A DNA stretch of 61,836 bases from Patescibacteria group bacterium (GCA_018819405.1 JAHJQF010000001.1:973377-1035212), one strand, 5' to 3'; numbered from the stretch's first letter, positions 38,257-47,607 are shown. The notes: generated by a model not told the origin, from the sequence alone. Numbers and translations are program-made.

Positions 38257-38277
38257 GGGTCCCGCCTGGCGAGACCC
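38257..38277 (-). terminator. Intrinsic terminator of the ncRNA
   Basis: Minus strand: GGGTCTCGCC-A-GGCGGGACCC followed by TTTTCTTTTT (38247-38256). Confidence 0.8.
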
Positions 38278-38284
38278 TAGTTTG

Positions 38285-38500
38285 GGTGGAGGTTGCCAAA
38301 GAGCACAGTGGTCGACAGTTAGTTAAGCCAGACTATTATTTCTCCCGCCCATTGGATAACCGTATCTGACTATGAACGCCAGACGGCTGAAATTCATGAC
38401 TTAACAGACGATCTAACTTGGCCAGAGTTATTTGTCGGACACTTCTTATGAGCATCCGGAACGCTTGTCCTCTAGACCAACAACTACTTTGACAACCCCC
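38285..38500 (-). ncRNA. Unclassified structured RNA of about 216 nt (6S-like, 4.5S-like or tRNA-acceptor-mimic ends)
   Basis: No ORF. G+C-richer than its surroundings. The 5' end GGGGGUUGUCAAAG pairs with the 3' end CUUUGGCAACCUCC (12 Watson-Crick plus 2 G-U pairs), followed by ACC. It has its own consensus promoter upstream and its own terminator downstream. Confidence 0.55.
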
Positions 38501-38542
38501 ATCTATCTGCAATATTACAAATGATTATTAAATCAACTAAAT

Positions 38543-38571
38543 ATAATACCATATATATAAAAGATTGTCAA
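38543..38571 (-). promoter_or_regulatory. Consensus sigma-70-like promoter upstream of the ncRNA
   Basis: Minus strand: TTGACA (38571-38566), a 17-nt spacer, then TATTAT (38548-38543). This implies a 5' leader of about 35-40 nt before the GGGGG at 38500. Confidence 0.6.
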
Positions 38572-38597
38572 CTACTCACTTAAAAAAAGCGAAGTAA

Positions 38598-38622
38598 GAG
38601 CCCCACATACTTGTGGGGCTCT
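38598..38622 (-). terminator. Intrinsic terminator of the 50-aa acidic ORF
   Basis: Minus strand: agagccccaca-agta-tgtggggctct, with a T7 run a few nt downstream. Confidence 0.75.
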
Positions 38623-38634
38623 ACAGGTACGAGC

Positions 38635-38787
38635 TCAATCCTTGTGGAGCTCTGGTGGCACAAAGTCCTGATCTGGCGGTTCTGTCAAATCATCAGCCTT
38701 ATCGTCATCGCGGCTAACTCCTGAATCAGACGCCGCCAAGCTTCCAGACTGAGTATCAGTCTCGTCATCACGTACGTACTTACTCAT
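38635..38787 (-). CDS. Orphan acidic small protein (50 aa) in micro-island C
   Basis: Own translation: MSKYVRDDETDTQSGSLAASDSGVSRDDDKADDLTEPPDQDFVPPELHKD, with a TGA stop. Perfect SD AAGGAGGTGAGG (38789-38800) lies upstream. It is below the ORF-track size cutoff. Confidence 0.5.
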   Translation of the reverse strand: MSKYVRDDETDTQSGSLAASDSGVSRDDDKADDLTEPPDQDFVPPELHKD

Positions 38788-38944
38788 GCCTCACCTCCTT
38801 GGAATGAACAAAAAATCCTGGACTTTAGACCAGGAGCACTTGGGTGATGTTTTAAGAAACCCAAACTAAGCTTCTGACCTAAAACCTAATTTTGACTTCT
38901 TAATCTTCTTTATTATATTTATATAATTCATATTATTGTTAGTA

Positions 38945-39013
38945 CAAAAAAACTGCCCGGCTCGGACAGATCTTTATATTTGTTTAAAAAAACTGCCCAA
39001 AGCCTATGCTTTG
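38945..39013 (-). terminator. Two tandem terminators after the 149-aa gene
   Basis: Minus strand: caaagc-atag-gctttg ggcag T7, then ctgtccgagccgggcag T8. The unit aaaaaaactgccc is repeated at 38945 and 38985. Confidence 0.65.
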
Positions 39014-39102
39014 TTCTTCTTGGCAATTTTCTTGTTTACTAAAATTATCATAATATATTATATATTATATAAAAATAAAAAATATGTCAAATAAATTTTT
39101 AA

Positions 39103-39552
39103 CTATTCAATCAAAATATATTCCAGCCCATGAGGGACTACTTTACTATAAGCAGTCATAATCTCTATATCATCAGGCAGCTCAGCTATTAGCATTTCTC
39201 TGACAGTATTTAAGTCTTTTTTGTATTGCTCCTCTTCTTCCTCAGGTGACTTAAAATTTTTGCTACCACCATAGGCCTCACAATCCCAATGCCACAAAAG
39301 TAAAAGTTTTTTCACGTTGTGCATATTTTTGGAAACAGACACCATCTTTTCTATAAAAGAAACTTTGAAACCGTTATTTTTCAAAACATCTTTGGCACTA
39401 CCTGGCCAAGCATAGAGATCAAAGTCTTCAAATCCCAAGCCACGCTCTACAAACTCCTGATCAGATTGGCGGAATCTAAAATTCACACATTTTATAACCG
39501 CTAGCGGACATTCATGCTTACTTAACTTATCATTTGGCACTACAAAATTCAT
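39103..39552 (-). CDS. Hypothetical protein with a beta-carbonic-anhydrase-like Cys/His/Cys motif pattern
   Basis: 149 aa. KCVNFRF fits C-x-N-x-R, against C-x-D-x-R in beta-CA. WHWDC fits H-x-x-C and lies about 66 residues later. Confidence 0.6.
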   Translation of the reverse strand: MNFVVPNDKLSKHECPLAVIKCVNFRFRQSDQEFVERGLGFEDFDLYAWPGSAKDVLKNNGFKVSFIEKMVSVSKNMHNVKKLLLLWHWDCEAYGGSKNFKSPEEEEEQYKKDLNTVREMLIAELPDDIEIMTAYSKVVPHGLEYILIE

Positions 39553-39561
39553 AAATATTTC

Positions 39562-40029
39562 TTACTGATTATCTCCTGTTCTGATACCTCTTTTTTTGTA
39601 TTTGCGAGCCACCTTGAGTCTAGCCATTTCTTTTTCCATCTGAGCAGTAAATAAAGCAAAACTCTCAGCATCTGATATTTTTGCTTTCATAGCTTTTTCC
39701 GCCCTTTCACGAGCTTCTTCGGCACGAGCCTCATCTATCTCATGAGCCCGTTCGGCAGTGTCAGCTAATATAACTACTTGATCAGGCAATATTTCTATCA
39801 AACCTCCCGAGACAGCCATCAAATCTTCATCCTGACTAGCCCCTCGGATACGCTCGGAGTCTACAATTCTTTTGACTACAATCTCACCAGGAACCAACTG
39901 AGCTACCAATGGTAAATGATTTGGCAAAACTGTAATTTGTCCCATAGCTGTAGAAACTGAAACTTGAGATACTTCTTCTTCTAGTAGTATTTTTTCGGGA
40001 GTAACTATTTTTAGTTTGATTTGTTTCAT
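39562..40029 (-). CDS. atpC: F1 ATP synthase epsilon subunit
   Basis: MKQIKLKIVTPEKILLEEEVSQVSV... is a typical epsilon N-terminus. I trimmed the start because the ORF-track extension MSFRLVGQNDRQNN reads through repeat element E1. It has a charged C-terminal extension. Confidence 0.9.
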   Translation of the reverse strand: MKQIKLKIVTPEKILLEEEVSQVSVSTAMGQITVLPNHLPLVAQLVPGEIVVKRIVDSERIRGASQDEDLMAVSGGLIEILPDQVVILADTAERAHEIDEARAEEARERAEKAMKAKISDAESFALFTAQMEKEMARLKVARKYKKRGIRTGDNQ

Positions 40030-40040
40030 ATTGTTTTGTC

Positions 40041-40100
40041 TGTCATTCTGGCCTACGAGCCGGAAGCTCAATTAGATCCTGAAACAAGTTCAGGATGACA
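40041..40100. repeat. TGTCATTCTG...CAGGATGACA palindromic intergenic element, copy E1
   Basis: The terminal inverted repeat is tgtcattctg / caggatgaca. The inner hairpin is atcctgaa-acaag-ttcaggat. The 26 nt at 40075-40100 are identical to 47669-47694. Confidence 0.85.
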
Positions 40101-40102
40101 AG

Positions 40103-41553
<1,451 letters not shown>

Positions 41554-42474
41554 TTAAACTTGTTCAACAGCCGCACTACCACTGGCAATCTCCGCAATTT
41601 CTGAGGTGATACCAGCTTGTCTGGCCTGATTATATACTAAGGTCAATTCATCTATCATATCAGAGGCAGCGTCAGAGGCATTTCTCATAGCAAACATGCG
41701 AGCACTATGTTCAGACGCTTCCGATTCCAATACTGCCTGGTAGATTTGCACTTCTATAAGACGGGGCAAAAAAGCATCAAGCACTTTTCTGGTATTTGGC
41801 TCAAATAAAAAGTCTGCAAAACTGTCTACATTGATTTCTTCTACTTTACCTTTTTCGTGGATTATATGACCAAGTCTGGCATCAATCTCCGGTACAATAG
41901 GCAGCAGCTGTTTAACATGAGGCATTTGAGTAAGTGATGATTGAAAATCAGTAAAGGCCACAAAAATTTTATCATATTTACCGGCCAAAAAATCCTCAGT
42001 AATTAAATGGCTAATTGGTCTGATAGCTGACGCGTCCACTGTAATATCATCTTTGGGAAAATCAGCCACCAAATTCAGTTTGTGTCGTCTGGCTTCGTCT
42101 CTGCCCTTGGTGCCACAACTGACAATGTCCGTCACTTTGGAATTTGGATTGTGGATTTTGATAGAGTCTACTACTTTTTTTACCAAATTGGTATTGAAGC
42201 TACCACATAGTCCTCGATTGGAACTAATAAGTATAATAGCTACATTTTTGGCATCCTTATCAGACCTAAAAAATGGGTGACGGCTAGTATCCAATTTTTT
42301 GCAAAGATGAAGAACAGTGGCCCAGGTAAGATCAGAGTAAGCGCGGGATGACAAAACACGAGCCACGGCTTTTCTCATTTTAGAAGCTGCGACCAGCTCC
42401 ATAGCCTTGGTAATTTTTTTGGTATTTTTGACAGATTTTATTCTGCGTTGTATGTCTCGTGTTGCTTGAGGCAT
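41554..42474 (-). CDS. atpG: F1 ATP synthase gamma subunit
   Basis: 306 aa with conserved N- and C-terminal helices (ITKAMELVAASKMRKA ... ITSEIAEIASGSAA). Confidence 0.95.
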   Translation of the reverse strand: MPQATRDIQRRIKSVKNTKKITKAMELVAASKMRKAVARVLSSRAYSDLTWATVLHLCKKLDTSRHPFFRSDKDAKNVAIILISSNRGLCGSFNTNLVKKVVDSIKIHNPNSKVTDIVSCGTKGRDEARRHKLNLVADFPKDDITVDASAIRPISHLITEDFLAGKYDKIFVAFTDFQSSLTQMPHVKQLLPIVPEIDARLGHIIHEKGKVEEINVDSFADFLFEPNTRKVLDAFLPRLIEVQIYQAVLESEASEHSARMFAMRNASDAASDMIDELTLVYNQARQAGITSEIAEIASGSAAVEQV

Positions 42475-42510
42475 CAGACTAATAGGTTAATTGTATAATA
42501 GTTTAATTGA

Positions 42511-44040
42511 TTAATTACTTTCCGCTATTTTCTGCTCCATTTCTACCAGTTCGTCAATCAAAGACTTGAGTTTGTTTTCAATATTTTCTTCTAACTGTCC
42601 GGTACTAGCAATAGATTCCATGATATCTTTACCTTCATTATCCAACTTAGCAAAAAGTTTATTTTCAAAATCCGCTATATTTTCTACTGGCACATTATCC
42701 AAATGACCATTAGCGGCGGCATAAATAATGGCAACTTGTTTTGGCTGTGGGATTGGATTATATTGACCTTGTTTGAGTATTTCAGTCACGCGAGCGCCGC
42801 GATCAAGTTGTTTTTTTGTAGCTTCATCCAAGTCAGACCCAAATTGAGCAAAAGCTTCTAGCTCTCTGAACTGAGCTAGATCAAGTTTTAACTTACCAGC
42901 TACTTTTTTCATAGCTTTTATCTGTGCGGCACTTCCGACACGAGATACTGATAATCCGGCATTTAAAGCTGGCCTGATACCTTTGTAAAACAAATCTGTT
43001 TCCAAAAAAATCTGACCGTCTGTAATAGAAATTACGTTGGTTGGAATATAGGCCGAAATATCACCAGCTTGAGTTTCAATAATTGGAAGTGCTGTCAGTG
43101 ATCCACCACCCATCTCGTCACTCATCTTGGCGGCACGCTCTAGTAGTCTGGAATGCAAATAAAATACATCACCAGGATAAGCTTCACGTCCAGGAGGACG
43201 TTTCAAAAGCAAAGATATTTGACGATAAGCTACGGCATGTTTACTCAAATCATCATAAATAACCAATACGTCCTTGCCTTTATCCATAAAATATTCTCCC
43301 ATCGCTACTCCAGCATATGGAGCAATATATGACAATGAAGCTGACTGAGATGCACCAGCTAATACTATAATAGTGTGGCCCATGGCTCCGGTTTCTTCCA
43401 ATTTACCCAAAATCTTGGCAATCTTTGATTCTTTTTGACCAATAGCTACATAGATACAAATCACATCCTTACCTTTTTGGTTGATGATAGTGTCTATTGC
43501 AATAGCGGTTTTACCAGTCTGACGATCTCCAATAATAAGCTCACGCTGTCCTTTACCAATCGGTATGATAGAATCAATTACTTTGATACCAGTCTCGAGT
43601 GGTTCTCTGACACCTTTACGAGTGATAACACCAGGAGCAATTTTTTCTACTGGATAAAATTCTTTGGCTTTTATTTCACCTTTGCCGTCAAGAGCTTCTC
43701 CTAAAGGATTGACCACTCGACCTATTAGATTTTCTCCGACTGGTACTTCCAAAATACGCTTAGTACGTCTGACTTTATCACCTTCTTTTAATTTGCCGTA
43801 TTCACCAAAAATAATGGCACCGACTGAATACTCTTCCAAGTTCAAAGCTACACCGTAGATTTTTTCACCCTTAGAAGTCTCAAATTCAAGCATCTCTGAA
43901 GACATAGCATCAGAAAGACCCGATACTTTGGCAATACCGTCTCCTACTTCAATAACTTCACCGACTGATTCTTCTTTGACATCAGACTGGAAGCTTTCTA
44001 ATTGCTTTTTCAAACTTTTGACTAAATAATCGTATGACAT
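42511..44040 (-). CDS. atpA: F1 ATP synthase alpha subunit
   Basis: Walker A GDRQTGKT. Highly conserved. Confidence 0.97.
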   Translation of the reverse strand: MSYDYLVKSLKKQLESFQSDVKEESVGEVIEVGDGIAKVSGLSDAMSSEMLEFETSKGEKIYGVALNLEEYSVGAIIFGEYGKLKEGDKVRRTKRILEVPVGENLIGRVVNPLGEALDGKGEIKAKEFYPVEKIAPGVITRKGVREPLETGIKVIDSIIPIGKGQRELIIGDRQTGKTAIAIDTIINQKGKDVICIYVAIGQKESKIAKILGKLEETGAMGHTIIVLAGASQSASLSYIAPYAGVAMGEYFMDKGKDVLVIYDDLSKHAVAYRQISLLLKRPPGREAYPGDVFYLHSRLLERAAKMSDEMGGGSLTALPIIETQAGDISAYIPTNVISITDGQIFLETDLFYKGIRPALNAGLSVSRVGSAAQIKAMKKVAGKLKLDLAQFRELEAFAQFGSDLDEATKKQLDRGARVTEILKQGQYNPIPQPKQVAIIYAAANGHLDNVPVENIADFENKLFAKLDNEGKDIMESIASTGQLEENIENKLKSLIDELVEMEQKIAESN

Positions 44041-44068
44041 ATTAATAATTGGTTAATTGCATAATTAC

Positions 44069-44473
44069 TTAATTGGTTAATTGCTTAGCCAATTTATTTA
44101 AATTATTTTTTATAGATATATCGATCACCTTATCCTCATATTTTATCAAAACACCGCCGATAAGATTATTGTCAATTTCCTCCTGACTAACAACCTTTTT
44201 TTCGGTCTTATCTTCAATAATTTTACAGATTGCCTTGACCTGCTTCTCATCCAATTTTTCTTTGCTATAAATATTGGCGCTGACAATACCCTCTTCAGCA
44301 AAATATAAATTTTGTAATTCTTCTAAAATTGAAGGTATTATTTTTTCCAATCTGTACTGGGCAATATACTTAGAAAAATTTGAAATAATAAGATCGGACT
44401 GCTTTTTATCTTTATCTTTGATAGCAGTATATACTCCTTTGGCTAGTATTTTGGCTTGATCTTTGCCCTTCAT
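44069..44473 (-). CDS. atpH: F1 ATP synthase delta (OSCP) subunit, short form
   Basis: 134 aa. Assigned from its position between atpF and atpA and from a C-terminal OSCP-like LIGGVLIKYEDKVIDISI. Confidence 0.8.
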   Translation of the reverse strand: MKGKDQAKILAKGVYTAIKDKDKKQSDLIISNFSKYIAQYRLEKIIPSILEELQNLYFAEEGIVSANIYSKEKLDEKQVKAICKIIEDKTEKKVVSQEEIDNNLIGGVLIKYEDKVIDISIKNNLNKLAKQLTN

Positions 44474-44474
44474 C

Positions 44475-44969
44475 TTATTTTATTTCCTTTAAAACTTTTT
44501 CAATGTATTTTTTGTCCATTTCTCTGCTAAGTCCGCCAGACAATATTTTTTCTAAAGCTATCACTATCATATCAGCCACTTCTGATTTTATTTCTGAAAC
44601 CATATTGTCTTTTTCACCGGCAATCTGAGTTTTGGCTTTTTTAATAAGCTCCTCTATCTCCGACTTTGTCTTTACTATACCAGCTTTTCTGGATTCTTCA
44701 GCTTGCAATCTAGCGGCTTCCAAAATCTTGGCTGCTTCAGATTTTGCTTCCATTAGCTTGGCTTTGACATCTTCTTCTACCTTGGTCAATTTTTCGGCAG
44801 CTAATTCAGCGTCAGATAAACCTTTTTGGATTTCATCGCTTCTTTTTTGCATAGTACGGGTAAGAGGTTTGAGGGCAAAAAACCACAAAACCAATACAAC
44901 AACTGTAAAGTTTACCAGCTGAGCAACGAGTAATTTCCAATCAACTCCAAATAATTGTAAAATTTCCAT
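44475..44969 (-). CDS. atpF: Fo ATP synthase subunit b
   Basis: An N-terminal TM helix followed by a long charged helix. Its operon position supports the call. Confidence 0.88.
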   Translation of the reverse strand: MEILQLFGVDWKLLVAQLVNFTVVVLVLWFFALKPLTRTMQKRSDEIQKGLSDAELAAEKLTKVEEDVKAKLMEAKSEAAKILEAARLQAEESRKAGIVKTKSEIEELIKKAKTQIAGEKDNMVSEIKSEVADMIVIALEKILSGGLSREMDKKYIEKVLKEIK

Positions 44970-44989
44970 ATTTATAATTAATTACTTAT

Positions 44990-45029
44990 TCCTGACCTAA
45001 ATCCGCCAGTTGGCGGATCAAGGACAGGG
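44990..45029 (-). promoter_or_regulatory. Nested hairpin in the atpE-atpF spacer
   Basis: The inner perfect stem is atccgcc-agtt-ggcggat (45001-45018). It is flanked by the imperfect outer stem tcctgacc / ggacagga. Confidence 0.5.
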
Positions 45030-45043
45030 AAAGCAATCAAAAT

Positions 45044-45292
<249 letters not shown>

Positions 45293-45344
45293 TTATTTTT
45301 ATTATTTTTTACGTCGCCTAAAATTATCACTAATTAATTATATT

Positions 45345-45448
45345 TGTCATTCTGAATTTATTTCCCCCGGCCCGCCAAAGGCGGAGCCTCGCGAAGCGGG
45401 GCGAGCAGAATCTCAACTATTGAGATCCTCAATCAAATCCCGGATGAT
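45345..45448. repeat. TGTCATTCTG... family element, longer and degenerate copy E3, in the atpB-atpE spacer
   Basis: It starts tgtcattctgaa and ends gagatcctcaatcaaatcccggatgat. By my hand alignment about 20 of 27 positions match the right end of E1. The G+C-rich core carries the hairpin ccgcc-aaa-ggcgg. Confidence 0.6.
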
Positions 45449-45457
45449 TGGATTGGG

Positions 45458-46348
45458 TTAATGTTCATGTTCGGTAGAAGCAATAGTATAATATACCAAA
45501 GTAAGAATTGAGAAAATAAGGGCTTGAATAATTCCTACTATAACTTCCAAAAACATAAATGGAAGCGGCACACCATAAGCTACCAAAGCAGAGATAGAAG
45601 CAATCAACACTTCTCCAGCAAAAATATTACCAAACAACCTAAATGACAATGAAGCCACCTTGGCTATTTCTGATACTATCTCAATCAATCCTACAAAAAA
45701 TGTTATGGGATTGACCAAAATAATAGTTGGTTCATGTCTAATTTTGCCCGGTATTTCTATCAGGGCTTTTATATTTATAAATTTATTAAACCAATTCCAA
45801 CCGCCAACTACAATAATACCAAATATGTTGGCTGACACCACCGCAAATAAACCCAAAGCTAAAGTAGTATTTAAATCAGCGGTTCCACCTCGAAAAAGTG
45901 CTGTACCATTATAAGTAATAGAACCCAAGCCAGGCACCAAACCAAGCCAGTTGTTTATTAATATAAAAAGAAAAATTGAAAATACTACCGGGAAAACTCT
46001 TTTACTTTTTTCTCTATTATTGGTTACCAAATCCATCATGCCAAGCGCACCATCAATGATAGTCTCCATAAAGCTCTGAAATACAGAAGGTATGCGACTA
46101 TTTTTGGCGCGAATTATAAGAGACAAAATAATAATTAAAAAAACTGCTACCCACGATGTCAGCAGTGAATTGGTGACATTAAACTCGCCTACATTAAAAA
46201 CAGTCTCAGCAAACAAAGTGTGCTCATGTTCTTCATGAGCGCCCTCACCTTCGGCGTGTGTATCAGCTTCCTGATGACTTTCTTCGCCTAAAATTTCTTC
46301 AACAATATGGGAATTGTCTTCTATATTATTTTCTATTTCTAGACTCAT
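45458..46348 (-). CDS. atpB: Fo ATP synthase subunit a, with an acidic/His-rich N-terminal extension
   Basis: The conserved C-terminal half carries SLSFRLFGNIFAGE. The N-terminal 45 aa or so (EESHQEADTHAEGEGAHEEHEH) are unusual, so the start is uncertain. Confidence 0.9.
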   Translation of the reverse strand: MSLEIENNIEDNSHIVEEILGEESHQEADTHAEGEGAHEEHEHTLFAETVFNVGEFNVTNSLLTSWVAVFLIIILSLIIRAKNSRIPSVFQSFMETIIDGALGMMDLVTNNREKSKRVFPVVFSIFLFILINNWLGLVPGLGSITYNGTALFRGGTADLNTTLALGLFAVVSANIFGIIVVGGWNWFNKFINIKALIEIPGKIRHEPTIILVNPITFFVGLIEIVSEIAKVASLSFRLFGNIFAGEVLIASISALVAYGVPLPFMFLEVIVGIIQALIFSILTLVYYTIASTEHEH

Positions 46349-46628
46349 TGTTTTGCTTTTTCTTTAACTCTTCTTCCTTTTCAATTTTTTTCATGTATTT
46401 TACTCCAGTGATAGTAATACCTACCGAAGAAATAACAAAGGCCAGTCCGGTAATACCCAAAAAGTATAAAGGATATGTGCCTTGCTTTTCATCAAGCCAG
46501 CGACCCAAAAACAGAGCTCCGATAACTGGAAAAGCAATCCAGCCAGTAGTCTCGACAAAAATGGTAAGAGCTAATCGCATATACTCATTTTTGTCAGTAT
46601 TTTTGTTGTCTTTTTTATCTGACTCCAT
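46326..46628 (-). CDS. AtpZ/AtpI-like small membrane protein (ATPase_gene1 family)
   Basis: 100 aa and first gene of the atp operon. TGWIAFPVIGALFLGRWLDEKQGTYPLYFLGITGLAFV fits the family pattern. Confidence 0.65.
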   Translation of the reverse strand: MESDKKDNKNTDKNEYMRLALTIFVETTGWIAFPVIGALFLGRWLDEKQGTYPLYFLGITGLAFVISSVGITITGVKYMKKIEKEEELKKKQNNESRNRK

Positions 46629-46656
46629 AAATTTCTAATAAACAAAAAGCGGCTAC

Positions 46657-46685
46657 ATTATAACCGCTAAACCTGAAAAAGTCAA
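46657..46685 (-). promoter_or_regulatory. Consensus sigma-70-like promoter of the atp operon
   Basis: Minus strand: TTGACT (46685-46680), a 17-nt spacer, then TATAAT (46662-46657). Confidence 0.65.
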
Positions 46686-46727
46686 CACTTTTTCAAAAAC
46701 CGCTAAATTACAAAAAATACAATAATA

Positions 46728-46756
46728 TTGACAAAAAGCTAAAAATATGTTAATAT
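46728..46756 (+). promoter_or_regulatory. Divergent sigma-70-like promoter of micro-island D
   Basis: TTGACA (46728-46733), a 17-nt spacer, then TAATAT (46751-46756). Confidence 0.6.
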
Positions 46757-46800
46757 AATAGGATTTTCTGTACACTTTTTCTCCAGCGAAAGGAACGCTA

Positions 46801-47331
46801 ATGCTTAAGGAAGAGCTGCATACCAAATGTGGAAATATCATCCACGTCAGCCAGAAAGCCCAGCGACATCTTGCTGCACACCCTGATGTGGAAAATCTCT
46901 TGGAAGAAGCTGTTTCTAAGCTTGCCTTGCCCACTGACAACAGTGGATTCTGCCGGCAAGAAATCTGCCTGGGAAGAATTATTGGCACAAATAACTGTGT
47001 CAAAACTCCTCCCATCAACGGTCTCATGAACGCGACCTTTGCTATTCGTAGTGGTCGCAATGTTGCGAGCCGAGTCGTGGTTGGCGTCAAAAAACCCAAG
47101 TGCGACATTGTGTCGATAATGGCCTACAAGTGCCAAGGCAAATGGCATCTTGTCACCGCCTACATCGGTCCTTTGGCTCCTCGTGAGCCTCATGACCCTA
47201 GCCTGAGAAATGATCCGCGGGCTTTGGCAGAGTCCATGAACTTTTGGTGCTGTCATGCCCTGGTCTATGACAACACTTGGAGCACTCCTTTCACTGCCAC
47301 TTGGCAGCAGATTGTGTGCAATGCACCTTGA
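46801..47331 (+). CDS. Orphan 176-aa protein in G+C-rich micro-island D (possible BECR-fold nuclease/toxin-like protein; weak call)
   Basis: It lies on the opposite strand to all its neighbours. SD GAAAGGAA (46788-46795) lies upstream. The N-terminal IIHVSQKAQRHLAAHPDV and C-terminal KWHLVTAYIG resemble what I remember of phage/polymorphic-toxin PBECR domains. The overlapping minus-strand ORFs look like G+C shadows. Confidence 0.65.
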   Translation: MLKEELHTKCGNIIHVSQKAQRHLAAHPDVENLLEEAVSKLALPTDNSGFCRQEICLGRIIGTNNCVKTPPINGLMNATFAIRSGRNVASRVVVGVKKPKCDIVSIMAYKCQGKWHLVTAYIGPLAPREPHDPSLRNDPRALAESMNFWCCHALVYDNTWSTPFTATWQQIVCNAP

Positions 47332-47396
47332 AGATCACGACCAAACCCTCATCAAGCTCATCATCAACTGGATGAGCCAGACGAAAGAGAGTTGAA

Positions 47397-47540
47397 ATGC
47401 GCCGTGCTCCGATTAAGTCCAAGACTTCCCTGGAAGTCGGCGGCGACTTCGGCAATGTTATGACGATCGCTACTATCGGCACAGCAGTGATCGTTGGCAT
47501 GCTCTGCCTCTGCCAGTACTTCCACTTCTTCGGGATGTAA
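47397..47540 (+). CDS. Small membrane protein (47 aa) co-transcribed with the 176-aa ORF
   Basis: Own translation: MRRAPIKSKTSLEVGGDFGNVMTIATIGTAVIVGMLCLCQYFHFFGM. It has one TM helix and is followed by a plus-strand terminator. It is below the ORF-track cutoff. Confidence 0.4.
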   Translation: MRRAPIKSKTSLEVGGDFGNVMTIATIGTAVIVGMLCLCQYFHFFGM

Positions 47541-47579
47541 AAAATCCCACCCGGTCATAAAACCCATCACAATGGGAAA

Positions 47580-47607
47580 GAGAGTCTGACCAACTCTCAT
47601 TTTTTTT
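47580..47607 (+). terminator. Intrinsic terminator closing micro-island D
   Basis: gagagt-ctgacca-actctc followed by a-T8. Confidence 0.7.

Noticed and set aside
38285-38500. Calling the structured RNA tmRNA (ssrA)
   Set aside because: The G3-U acceptor-like helix and ACC tail are suggestive. However, I find no T-arm next to the 3' strand, no D-loop-like GGxUUCGAC box and no convincing tag frame ending in Ala-Ala. The length (about 216 nt) is also short. It is therefore left unclassified.
38285-38500. Calling the structured RNA SRP (4.5S) RNA or RNase P RNA
   Set aside because: For SRP, there is no domain IV signature (GNAR tetraloop closed by C-G pairs with a 3' AGCAGC-type loop). For RNase P, there is no GAGGAAAGUCC or ACAGAA-type box.
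46653-47600. Four minus-strand ORFs (46653-47108, 46798-47256, 47291-47500, 47364-47600) overlapping micro-island D
   Set aside because: They are mutually overlapping shadow ORFs typical of a G+C-richer coding segment. They have no SD. A promoter, an SD and a terminator all support plus-strand transcription. The 78-aa ORF would start right after the rmuC terminator with no ribosome-binding context.
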